This document shows, one piece after another, positions 52,543-64,000 of a DNA stretch of 64,000 bases (position 1 is the stretch's first letter; every line of letters begins with the position of its first letter). Source of the DNA: the human T2T-CHM13v2.0 reference genome, Homo sapiens; NCBI RefSeq assembly GCF_009914755.1, contig NC_060929.1, one strand, 5' to 3'. The position numbers and the translations under genes were made by a program. The notes beneath the pieces are model-generated. The model saw nothing but the letters and a program-made list of their open reading frames with translations, was not told the DNA's origin and searched no databases.

Positions 52543-55246
52543 GTCCCTTGGAAATGTAAGCCCTTAAACTCACAGGATAAAAAGAAAATATTTATGAGAA
52601 TTAGTTTAAATTATTTGTATGTTCCTTGACTTTGGGGTACCCATTTATTATCATTCTTTCTTCCCCCCAGTGATAGCTTTTGATTTCCTATTTGTTTTAC
52701 TGTTTGTCTCTTTGAATTTTCCATCTATCAGTGTACAAGCTTGTTGGGTTTTTGAATACAGGTAGCCAACCAAAAAGGTGAGAGCCCTGGAGAATATGGC
52801 CAGAGATGTGGGTCGCTCCCCATTTGCCACAGGCAAACCTTCCCTTCTTTCAGTCATCATTGTGAGGGGTCTGGATCTTGAAAAGGCTGCAGCTTTTGCT
52901 TCCTTTTTAGAGACCTTGGTTAACCCCATAAAGGGCTTCTTGGTTTTATTATCACATGTGCTTATTTGTTTTGGTTTTAAGTCATTTGTTTAGATTTACC
53001 TCTGGTTTAAAGCTTTGGTTTATATCCAGAGTGTGATAGTATCTTTTTTCTCATTTATTTTTCTGCCTCTAATGGGCAGAAGAGACATGCCTCCCACCAC
53101 CTCTGGTATTTGAATTGGTGAACAGATAAGCTGGGATTCTCCCAGACAGGGTGCTGGGTGGGGGAACATTGAGCTCACAGCTGCCATTCCTTTGGTTCCA
53201 GCAAAGGCCAGCTGCTTGTGTGACAGAAGGTTTTCTACTCGTAGATTTAAAAGAATTTTTTAGAGCTCTACAGTCAAATGTCAGCTCTTATTCTTTTGTG
53301 ATCTCTTTTAAATACTTTGTCTTCAGTGGGAATGTCTTAGTCAACTAGACAAATTTTTCTCTAAGCCTTGTTAACTATAACATCACTGGCCTTTTGGAAA
53401 GCTTAACATCTCCCCTAATTGGCTCTTCTAAGACTTGTTCTGATTCTTTTTCATGCTTTGTTTTCCAGAGTTTACACAACTTTTTTAAAAAGTTATCTAT
53501 TACTTGCAGGAATTTGGTATACTTTTGGAAACAGAATCAAAACATTTGATTCCCTGATCCCTCCAGAATTTAGAAACTATTCACGGATATTTTTTATGAC
53601 ACTATAGTTATTTGCATAAATTCAATATGAATCTGTTTTCTTTTGTAACAGGACACAATTAGAAACACTGGTTATTTTACCACAGATTTGAATGGAATAT
53701 CATATTTTCATATGTGAACAGACTGCTTTGAGGGACTGAGGTTAACTTTCATGGAACCAATAAAAAGCCTCTTGGAAAGACTGGCCTGGCACCTTTTCTA
53801 CGCAGTTTCCTTACAAGATTCCTGACATCATAGTTAAGTAAATAATGTCATTTTCTGACAGGCCTAGGAACCTCAAGATATTTGGAAGACCTCAAGAAGA
53901 GAGTAATTAACCCAACTTAAACAGGCAGTCTGGGGCAAGTCAAATCCTTGGATTGGCTCCTTATTCTAGAGAAGTTTCTAATGGTTTGATTTGAGATTCC
54001 TTATGAAAAAGTTTCAACAAACCCAATTTAGATAGGTTCTATATCATAAATCACTATCCTTGCTGAACTTATATAATCAGAACAAAGACTAATTTTGCAA
54101 ACAAATTGGTCTTACTGTGATTTTCTTTGGTAAAAATTAGGAGACTAGAAAAAGAAAAATCATGTTTCAGAAAAAATAAAAAAACTATACTGTACTTGCT
54201 GTTTGATTCTAGCCTTGTCAGTTTGTTTTTGAGTTTTTGTCTTTAAAAAAAAAAATCTGGATTGCAATCCTGAATTTTTAGTTTCTTCCAATATCTGGGC
54301 TTGACCCTCCAAACTAATGTTTTCCATTTTTCTCCCACCCTTCTGGCTGGGAATCACTAAGAAATTTTTTCTGAGGTTGAAGCTAGTCAACTTAGCTTTT
54401 TTAAAAAATCACTTCGAACTTTGTTTTAAACTGTTGTCTGTTTGTAGGTCCCATTTAATTCCCAGAAAGAATCAATCATTCACAAGATAATTTCTGTCTT
54501 CTGGGTCCATTCATTCCCTTTGAAGATCATTTGCTCCTACACCTTTCAGCTTCCCTTCCCCTACAAAGATGAATACGTAAGCATTCGTGTCCTATTGGGT
54601 TGCTGAGTGACCATATTCCTGGGACTCTGCCATGCTAAACACATTAAAATAAATTTGTATGTCTCTTTTCTCCTATTAAGCTTTGCTTTGTCATTTGATT
54701 TTCAGAGAACCTTCAGAAGGTGAAGAGTAAACATTCCCTAGGCCCCACAACTGGATGCTTGTTTTCTGCTTTTCTGATACTTGAGCTGTTCCTAAAAATA
54801 CCACATCTTAACATGCATTGAAATCTGTAATTCAACCATTACAATTCCCTTTAAGTGCATTTTGCAAGTAAAACCAAAACTTTAGTCCAAATGCCCGTTG
54901 TGCTGTCACTCTAAGTTTTTATCCTATAATTGATAAACCTGTCTAACAAGTCTATTCTCCTTTTGGAATAGACTTCTTGACCAACCCATGAGGATCACCA
55001 AAATCACAATCTCATGCCTTCACATCCAAGGCTCATGGACCATAGGCCTTCCTAATTTCTGGAGAGTCCCAGTGACTGGCAGACTCCACATGCCATTATC
55101 TTATCCAGGGAACAGGATGGTCATTTTTATATGATTTCTGTGGGGAATCCGAAAGATTTCTTTCTTCCAGTGGCCACTCTGGACAGTCACTACTGTAATA
55201 CATGTGTGTGTTAACTTTGCATGTAACAAATTATTTTTTCTTAGAG

Positions 55247-55708
55247 TAAGGGAGGAAACCACCCCTCATATTGTCTTATGCCCAATTTTTGCCTCTAAAG
55301 AAAGAAGTAAAAACTAAAAGGCAAAAATGAAATCCACAGGCAGACAGCCTGGCACCACTCCTGGGGCCTGGTAGTTAAAGATCGACCCCTGACCTAACTG
55401 GTTATGTTATCTATGGATTCCGGACTTTGTATGGAAAAGCATTGTGAAAATCCTTGTCCTGTTCTGTTCTATTGTGATTACTGGTGCATGCAGCCCCCAG
55501 TCACGTACCCATTGCTTGCTCAATCTGTCACAACCCTCTCATGCAGACCCCCTTAGAGTTGTAAGCCCTTAAAAGGGACAGGAACTGCTCACTCGAGGAG
55601 CTCGGTTTTTTGGAGACGTGAGTTCGCCTATGCTCCCAGCTGAATAAAGCCCTTTCCTTCCACAACTTGGTGTCTGAGGGGTTCTTGTCTGCGGCTCGTC
55701 CTGCTACA
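55247..55708 (+). mobile_element. Solo LTR2 (HERV-E)
   Basis: TAAGGGAGGAAACCACCCCTCATATTGTCTTATGCCCAATT...AATAAA...GCGGCTCGTCCTGCTACA; TSD AGAG at 55243-55246 and 55709-55712. Confidence 0.92.
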
Positions 55709-56165
55709 AGAGAATCTAAAAATCGATAGAAATATTACCCCACTCCCTTTCTACAGGTGCAGAAATTGAGGCTTATAGATGGTAAGTAACATAGTGGGAG
55801 ATGAGAAGGAAGTAACATAACATCACAGGCATAGTTCTAGACACAGTCCACTGTAGTGCCTGGTCAGGCAAGGTGGGGCCTCGCACTATATCCTGAGACT
55901 TCGTTAAACTAAAATGTGTTTTTAGATGAGATGGCAGCAAGATGCTGCAGACTTTGTTTATATGTAATTCCTATAAGCATAGACAAGCCAATTTATTGTG
56001 GTTTCAAAACGAATTTAGTGGCCGCTTTTCTTTACACTGCTATTGTTTCGAATCAAATGATGGGTTGGTTAATGTGAATTTATATGCCTCATTCTTGCCA
56101 GTTTTCTCCCCAGAGATGAATTGTTATGTTGAGAGTCTTAGCATTTATATGAGTCTTTTATTTTA

Positions 56166-57001
56166 TGTGGTATTGGAATATTGTGGTTTGTAATAAGAAA
56201 TACATATTTGGTTTCTGCTCCTGGTTTCTGGCGCACAGCTATTAAAATCCTTGTAATTTTTGACTGACAGAAATGCTATGTGCATCTTCTGTTCGAATAT
56301 TTGTTCATTGACCAAAGTTCTTGACATATAGGCCCTAATCCCATAGAATTTTCTAGCAATAGGAACGTCTTTTGTTCCTATGGCTTGGTGTGTTCCTGGA
56401 TGGGGGCTGGTCACCAGAAACACAAAGCCATGGCTAGAAGCTTGGAAGTTTCAGTCCCACACCCCTGTCCTGTGAGAAAGGGAGAGGGGCTGGAGACTGA
56501 GTTAATAATTGACCACACCTATGTGGTGAAGCCTCCATAAAAATCTTTGAACTGGAGTGTTCAGAGAGCTTCTGTGTTGGAGAATACCTCTACATGCCAA
56601 GGGGGTAGTGCATCCCAACTCCACGGAGACAGAAGCCTCTGTGCTTAGGTCTCTTCCAGACATCGCCCTATGCACCTTTTCATCTGGCTGTTCTTCTGTA
56701 TTCTTGATCAATTCTTTCTAATAAACCAGCAACATAAGTTTTTCCCTGAGTTCTGTTAGCCATCAAAGCAAATGATCAAGCCCAAGGAGGGGGTCATAGG
56801 AACTTCTGATTTATAGCCAGTTGGTCAGAAGAAAGGAGAGCAGCTCCAGGGACAGCATGGATTGTGATTGGCATGTGACGTGGGCAGAGCCCTTATCTTA
56901 TGGGATCCAACATCAACTCCAGATAGATAGTGTCAGAATTGAATTTAATTATATAACATCCATTTGGTTTCTGGAGAGTTGAGGAATGGGTTGGTGTGGG
57001 G

Positions 57002-57032
<31 letters not shown>

Positions 57033-57090
57033 TCTGGTCACACAAGAGTTGGATATGAGTACAAAGGAAAGCCGTTTCTTTCTCTAATAG
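56166..57090 (+). mobile_element. MER21-family LTR, containing (CA)n at ~57006-57031
   Basis: ATATTGTGGTTTGTAATAAGAAATACATATTTGG...GGGGCTGGAGACTGAGTTAAT...GATAGTGTCAGAATTGAATT. Confidence 0.8.
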
Positions 57091-57998
57091 TCAGATATTA
57101 ACCAAACCCTGTTGATTTTCTACTTATGATCCCTGGGACTATAATCTGAGAGCTCCCTCAAAACCAGCTTTACCCTCACTACCCGTAATTCATTTTGTTT
57201 CAGTAAAAAGTATTATTACCTGTTGCTTTCTAAAAGAGTAACCGAGCTCTAGAATAAAGACAGCTGGTGGACGAGATACCAACAGTGTGGAACGAGCCCT
57301 TTCCTGCCTTCTCCCTCTCTTCCTTTCCACCTTCCCTTCCCCTAATTCCCTTAATACTTTTCCCCTATTACTAATAAGGCCATCTAAATTACTAGAAAAA
57401 TGATGATATAAAGGTATACAGTTCTAGGGAAGATTGTAACTATCAATAGCATCATATTAAATTACTTAACTTTTTGTGCTGTTATATGGTTTGATCTAAG
57501 TCATCTTATGTGATTTTCAAAGGAATTATTCTCAGATACAAATGAGGATATTGAGTCAAAATTATTGTGTGATTTACATTAGTTTCTATAACTAGCAACT
57601 CAGAATTTCAAAGGCAAATGAAAGTCTCATCTCTTCCTCATTGTCTCTCTATACAGAGCACAGGACCTTAGCCCATGAACTTGACCTTCACAATCATCTC
57701 CTCACTTTACCATCATGCCAGTTACCTCAAAGGAGCCCAAAGAGGAAGTGGAAATAGGTTTCCAAGTGCTGTGATAGGTTTTTTTTTCTTTTTTTTTATA
57801 AATGAAACTAATATACTTTTAAAGTTTTCATGATAAGAGAAGTTAATTCCAGTTGAACTTATAAACACTCTAAATAAAGAATAAAGAATACACTAAAGAA
57901 AAACTCCACCAGTGTTTCCTGCCAGACTTGCACATATTAGGTATCAGATATTATGGTTTTGCAATCCCAGGTGCTGGGTTGATAATTCCCCAAAACGG

Positions 57999-58546
57999 TG
58001 TATTAGTCAGGGTTCTCTAAAGGAGCAGAACTAACAGGATATACGTTTATAGAAAGAGGAGTTTATTAGGAGAATTGACTCACACAATCACAAGGTGAAT
58101 TCCCACAACAGGCCATCTTCAAGCTGACGAGTAAGGAAGCCAGTCTGAGTCTCAAAACCTCAAAAGTAGGGAAGCCAACAGTGCAGCCTTCAGCCTATGG
58201 CTGAAGGCCCTAGAGCTCCAGGCAAACCACTGGTGTATGTCCAAGTATCCAAAAGCTGAAGAACATGGAGTCTGATGTTCGAGGGCAGGAAGCATCCAGC
58301 ATGGGAGAAAGATGAAGGCTGGAAGACTCAGCAAGTCAGCTCCTTCCACCTTCTTCTGCCTGCTTTATTCTAGCCACACCAGCAGCTGATAAGATTGTGC
58401 CCACACAGACTGAGGGTGGGTCAGCCTCTCCCAGTCCACTGACTCAAATGTTAATCTCCTTTGGCAACAACCTCACAGACACACCCAGGAACAATACTTT
58501 GCATCCTTCAATCCAATCAAGTTGACATTCAGTATCAACCATCACA
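57999..58546 (-). mobile_element. MLT2 (A2/B-like) 3' LTR of HERV-L
   Basis: TGTATTAGTCAGGGTTCTCT...CAATCCAATCAAGTTGAC...AACCATCACA, adjacent to a PPT-like AAGGGGTGTACT on the minus strand. Confidence 0.93.
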
Positions 58547-59447
58547 AGTACACCCCTTGTCAACTTGAACCCATACATATCTCCTGAAATCAGACATAAT
58601 CTTCAAATGAAGACAATAATAAGGTCATAATTACATCTAACATAATACAGCTATCCTTCATACAACCGGAAGCGCATTAATCCTTAACCTAAATGCTATT
58701 ACATAAAGTTACTAACACTTAAATTCTGATATGAGTCAATAAATCTTATGTCACATAATAAAGGAAAAAAGAAAGGAAATAAAATAAAGATATTTTTAGT
58801 ACAAGTGTATACATACACAAACAGGTTCTTAACAAAATAAGGAGGAAATACTCATGACAATTACAGTCCTCGTTTCTGCAACTGGTCTTGCAGTCGTAGC
58901 TGGTATTAATGACTACCTTCTTCTACTACCCATTTTGTATTCCCTTTTCCTTCAGCAAGCACCTCAGCAGGCAGTGTTTTTTACCTCGTGGGGTGACCCA
59001 AACCTTCATGCCTGAAGGGTCTGGGCCATTTGTAGTCCTACCTGGATTGGGCTGTTGTATTTTTCCATTGACCTTAATCACAGGGCATGGTAATGCTAAC
59101 AGACGCCCTAAAGGATCTCCTCTATTCCATGCATACTCTGCCTTACCTCTGTTTTGGAGTAGTAGACTGATTTTGTCTTGATAGTCCGGGTCAGTCACCC
59201 CAGCCAACACTGTAACTACCTTCTTAGCCTGTTGATTTAGAGGCAGGAGGAGCCCGAAGTGTCCAGGTGGCAATCTTAACTTCCAGTTTAATGGAATCAT
59301 TGTCGTGTCTCTTGGTGGCAGCATTCCTCCCTCTAGAACCAAGACATCTAGGCCAGCAGAACATAATGTCGCAGAACAGGGAGCAAAAATTTTGCTAGTG
59401 GATTACTAGAGGTGATGGTGAGTGGTACCACTTCCACTTCCACCCTA
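58547..59447 (-). mobile_element. HERV-L internal 3' fragment (5'-truncated)
   Basis: Contiguous with the MLT2 LTR; encodes GVEVEVVPLTITSSNPLAKFLL followed by a dUTPase-like sequence. Confidence 0.9.
58926..59370 (-). pseudogene. HERV-L dUTPase-like domain, frameshifted at both ends
   Basis: LCSAGLDVL...IPLNWKLRLPPGHFGLLLP...VLAGVTDPDYQDKI carries dUTPase motif 1- and motif 3-like sequences. Confidence 0.85.
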
Positions 59448-61296
59448 CTATGGTCATTGGAAAGGTTATACAGATAATTGATATTCATAGAATGGAATAT
59501 TACATAGCAATTTAAGTAAGTAAAGTGGGCTATAAGTATGAATATGGATTACATCAATAATAAAATGTTGGGATGTTAAGAGAAAAATGGTGGGCCTCAA
59601 AAGTCATTCCATATAACAAATGAATGGTTGAAAATCTTTATTTGGACAATTAAGTCTCAGGAGGTTAAATGGCTCTTCCAAGATATAAACCATGGTTCCC
59701 AAAAATAGACATCCAGGGCCAGTTGACAGTGCTTCAGACATTCTAGACTGATTATCTCTGTTCTGTAACGCCCCATAGAGCATGTAGGAAAAGCAAAAGA
59801 TTCACAAGTATTCCAGATTTTAAAAAAAATAAAAAAGGATATGCTTACAATATTACAAATGACAGTTCTTGTTTTATATAAATACATTAAGTTATGTGAC
59901 TATCACAGATGGCCCAGTGACCAGGACTAAGTTTGCATCTGAAAGCATCATAGTATGGAGGAGGGAGAGTTCTGCCTGAGGGCCTGGGTAAGATTGATTG
60001 GTAGGGTTTATGTAGACAGCCTAGAGTGCTCCAAGCACCCCCATAGACTGCTGGCTCCTTTAGTTGCCCCTCTGACCACAGATGGCTCCTATGCCATCTG
60101 AAGTCTGACACCCAGAATGTCTCCACAACCTTCCAAATAGAAAACTTTCATTCTTGTTTTGATTCCATCAGCAACATAGTGGTGGCACTTGGGCCCCTTG
60201 GCCAACATGGGATCATAGATTTCGTTGGCTTCATGGATGCAGGTTGTATATGACTTTCACATGTTGAGAAGTATTCTTCTGGCTGCAGCATATTGATTTT
60301 ATTCTTTCCAACATGAATTTCTTATGAAATATTTCTTTGGTGGCTATAATCTCCATAAGGACTCGGAAATGCAAGAGGGTTGCTAATTCTGACAGCTCTT
60401 CATCCTGGGCTTAAGTGCATGGATAGATATGTACACTTACCTGCTGTATTTTTGTTTGTTTTTCACAATCTGCCTCTTTTCCAAGAAATTCTCCATAAAA
60501 TCTATTTTCATACATCAAGAATCCTTAGTTCATATATTTTTGAGTCAAACTTGATGATTTTACTTTTATTGCTTTATATTGTGTATGTTTTACACACTTT
60601 TCCATGTTAAAAACTTGCCAAAAATAATGCTGGAATGTAATTATCAAATGAGGAGCACAACATTTGGGTCCAACTTTGTCAAGTAGCACCATGCCAACAT
60701 GAACTGAGAGCCCTGTTTTCAGAGAACAAGCCAGGCATAGAGCTTTGCTCAGCAGATCCGTCAGCCTAGCACTTACTGGCTTCATGCAGGATCTTGCCCA
60801 GTTCTCTGTACCTCAGAGAGCTTTTTCCTTCTTCCAAAGAAAGTGTCTTCATTACGTAACTTTGATCTACTTGTGGGCAAATCTGAGTTTCAAAGATTAT
60901 GCTTTAAATCTTCTCTCCTACTATAACTTCCATTGGCAAACTGTGCTTGGCCACTCTCCTTAAAACGAAAAATTCTTAAAGTAGAGGTAAGTAGCTTTTA
61001 TGTATGTGACCAGTTACAAAACCGTTCCAGTTTTTATCCCTTCTAACTGAGAATTATGTACTGACTCTATCTACTTGAGTGGCAAATTTGGAGATGAGGA
61101 AAGGAAGTGGTACTCAAGAGCACTGGTTTTAGTATTTGCTCCTCAATTAACTTTGTCAACATGAGCGCATCGCTCAATCTCTCTGAACCTCAATGTAGCT
61201 GTAAAATTCACACAGTGACTCCTCCTATGCACTTAATAAGGCTGACATCATGAATGGGAAAGCCCCTTGTAAGCTGTTCACAGTTACACAAATATC

Positions 61297-61725
61297 AGTG
61301 TTTTAGTTTAGGTTCCCCCAAAAAAGAGACCCTGACATAAAAATTCAAGTGCAATTAGTTTCTTTGTCAACAGATGATGGGAAACATCAGAAGAGAAGCA
61401 AAGAAAAGCAGTAAGTGTTTGAGCCAGCAAGTTACCAATTGGGGAACTCTTGAGAGTGAGAATGAAGCATACACCTCAGTGTATGCATCCCAGAGAACGC
61501 TGGGCACTGAGGTGCCCACCACCAACTCCAGTAAGTTATTGGTTAGAGGGTGGATGTGATTTCCTCCACCTCCTATGTTCCCTGAATGAGCAGCCTGGGG
61601 CAGAGCGAGCCCTTGGTGGAAGAGAAGCAGGTGCTCAGCAGCTGGAAGTCAGACTAGTCTGCTTTGACATTATGGTACAGAGGAGATGCAGGTGGGGCAG
61701 CAACAGCATCTGCTGCCATCAGTAT
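61297..61725 (-). mobile_element. ERVL LTR, LTR33-like
   Basis: TTAGTTTAGGTTCCCCCAAAAAAGAGACCCTGAC...TTCAAGTGCAATTAGTTT and terminal CAGCATCTGCTGC. Confidence 0.55.
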
Positions 61726-62056
61726 TGTCATAGAATCCTCTCAAGCTTGGGCACCACTGATGATTCTGTTACCTAAGAGAGTTAGCATCTTGCTGTTCTC
61801 TTGATCAGTCAATTGTGCTATATTTTTTATTGATACCAAGTACTCCTACATTTTTCACTGTGAATAAATTTTAGCATGTTTAATATTTATTTCATTATAT
61901 TTATTTAGATTTAGTGTATGTGAAGTTCTTGTTAAGATCTTTTGCCATTTTTCTACTGCATTCTTCCTTGTTTTCCACATGGATTTTTTTTAACTTTATT
62001 ACATTAAAACAATTAACCCTCAGCCTTCATGAACTAACTTTTTTCAGGTCAACTAG

Positions 62057-62433
62057 TATCTTAGTTCATGTTCTGCTGCTTTAACAGAATACCAGATGCT
62101 AGGTAATTTACAATAAACAAATTTATTTGTTTCATGGTTCTGGAGGCTGGGAAGTCCAAGATTGAGAGGCTGCATCTGGTGAGGGCCTTCTTGATGCATC
62201 ATCTCATGATGGAAGGGCAGAAGGGTAAGACAGCACACACATGAGAGAAAGAGAAGGGGGCAAACTTACCTTTTGCCAGGAACCCACACCCCTGATAAGA
62301 GCATTGATCCATTCTTAAGGGCAGAGCCCTCATGACATAATCACCCTCTTAAAGGTCCCACCTCTCAACATTGTTGCATTGGGGATTGAGTTTCCAGCAC
62401 ATAAACTCTGGGGACACACTCAAACCACACCAG
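62057..62433 (-). mobile_element. MaLR LTR, MSTC/D-like
   Basis: TCTTAGTTCATG...GGTTCTGGAGGCTGGGAAGTCCAAGAT...AAAGGTCCCACCTCTCAAC...CAAACCAC. Confidence 0.85.
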
Positions 62434-62562
62434 CTTGTAATTTTCCTTTTTAATCATTTTATTTTAGTGTAGGGAGGTTTTTCATTTATATGTAGTCAAA
62501 ATTATGACTTTTTTTTATTGCTTTAGGGTTAGGCCTTTTGTTTTGGTAATAATAGTAAAGTA

Positions 62563-62896
<334 letters not shown>

Positions 62897-62911
62897 TTAA
62901 AAGTATATTCT

Positions 62912-63217
<306 letters not shown>

Positions 63218-63429
63218 CTACAACAGGGTGATGCCAGCAGTTGATACAATCACTATTTACATACCTTTTTACACCATCTCAGCAAATCAGGAAGCCACGG
63301 GAGCAACTTTCATCTAACAGTTCCCTATAGAGCATGTGCACATGAAGACAAAATAGAAGTCAGTATGGGTTCTACAGATATGAAAAGAGGATCTCAGTTG
63401 TTCTGTTAGTAAAAAAGAGCTTGTCCCAG

Positions 63430-63770
63430 TCTTTCCTAATAAACTTTTTTGGGATATTCAATTAAAACACTTACAGCTAAGAAAAGACCAAAGTGCCTCG
63501 ATGATTAAATGTAACATGATATCCTGGTGGGATTCTAGAATAAAAAAGAACAGTAGGTAAAACTAAGGAAATCTAAATAAAGGATTTAGTTAATAATAAT
63601 GTATTATTTTGCTTTATTTGTTGTGACAAATGTTTAATACCAACCTGAAATATTCACTAACAATAAAGGAATCCAGGTGCAGAGTATAAGAGAGCTCTGT
63701 TATCTTTGCAATTTCTCTGAAACTCTAAAACCATGCTAGAATCAACAAGTTTATTTAAATAAAAAATACT
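63430..63770 (+). mobile_element. L1MC/MD-like 3' end
   Basis: TAAATGTAAC...ATCCTGG...AAAACTAAGGAAATCTAAATAAAG...TTGTGACAAATGT...TATCTTTGCAATTT. Confidence 0.7.
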
Positions 63771-64000
63771 TCCTAAAATATAAACAAAACTTAGAGTTAA
63801 ACATGGTCATTAAAATAGAAATTAACAACAAATGGGAGAAACTATATACGGGCTACAAATAAATAGTTAACACATTTATTTAGACAATTGTACTAAAAAG
63901 AATTTGTTTAGGGTTAAGCCCAGAGTGAGAAAAAATAAAAAATAAAAACAAGATGGAAAAACAATAAACAGATATACAATCTAATTAGAGAGATAAAAAG

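Overview
This is primate genomic DNA, probably human (AluY, L1PA, LTR7 and LTR2 are present). It is AT-rich and intergenic or intronic. I recognise no intact protein-coding gene, rRNA, functional tRNA or CRISPR array. Most listed ORFs are Alu, LTR, L1, L2 or low-complexity artefacts. The window is dominated by repeats: about 12 Alus, L1/L2/MIR fragments, MER33/MER5/Tigger2 DNA elements and many LTRs. From about 39.6 to 62.4 kb there is a dense LTR cluster: MLT2, MLT1/MST, MER34/39-like, a solo HERV-H LTR7, MER4D-like, MER41, a TSD-bounded non-autonomous ERV1 provirus, a solo HERV-E LTR2, MER21 and a HERV-L 3' end with a decayed dUTPase. The best leads are (i) an unidentified decayed coding-like relic at 19615-20220 (-), (ii) a perfect DUX4 motif in an MLT1 LTR just upstream of a clean 129-nt candidate exon, (iii) a tRNA-Glu-like relic inside an ERV that has a tRNA-Ser-like PBS, and (iv) two small CpG-retaining motif clusters. 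I found no evidence for a wholly new biological system. Repeat family names come from remembered consensus sequences and need RepeatMasker/Dfam confirmation. Boundaries of old repeats are approximate.
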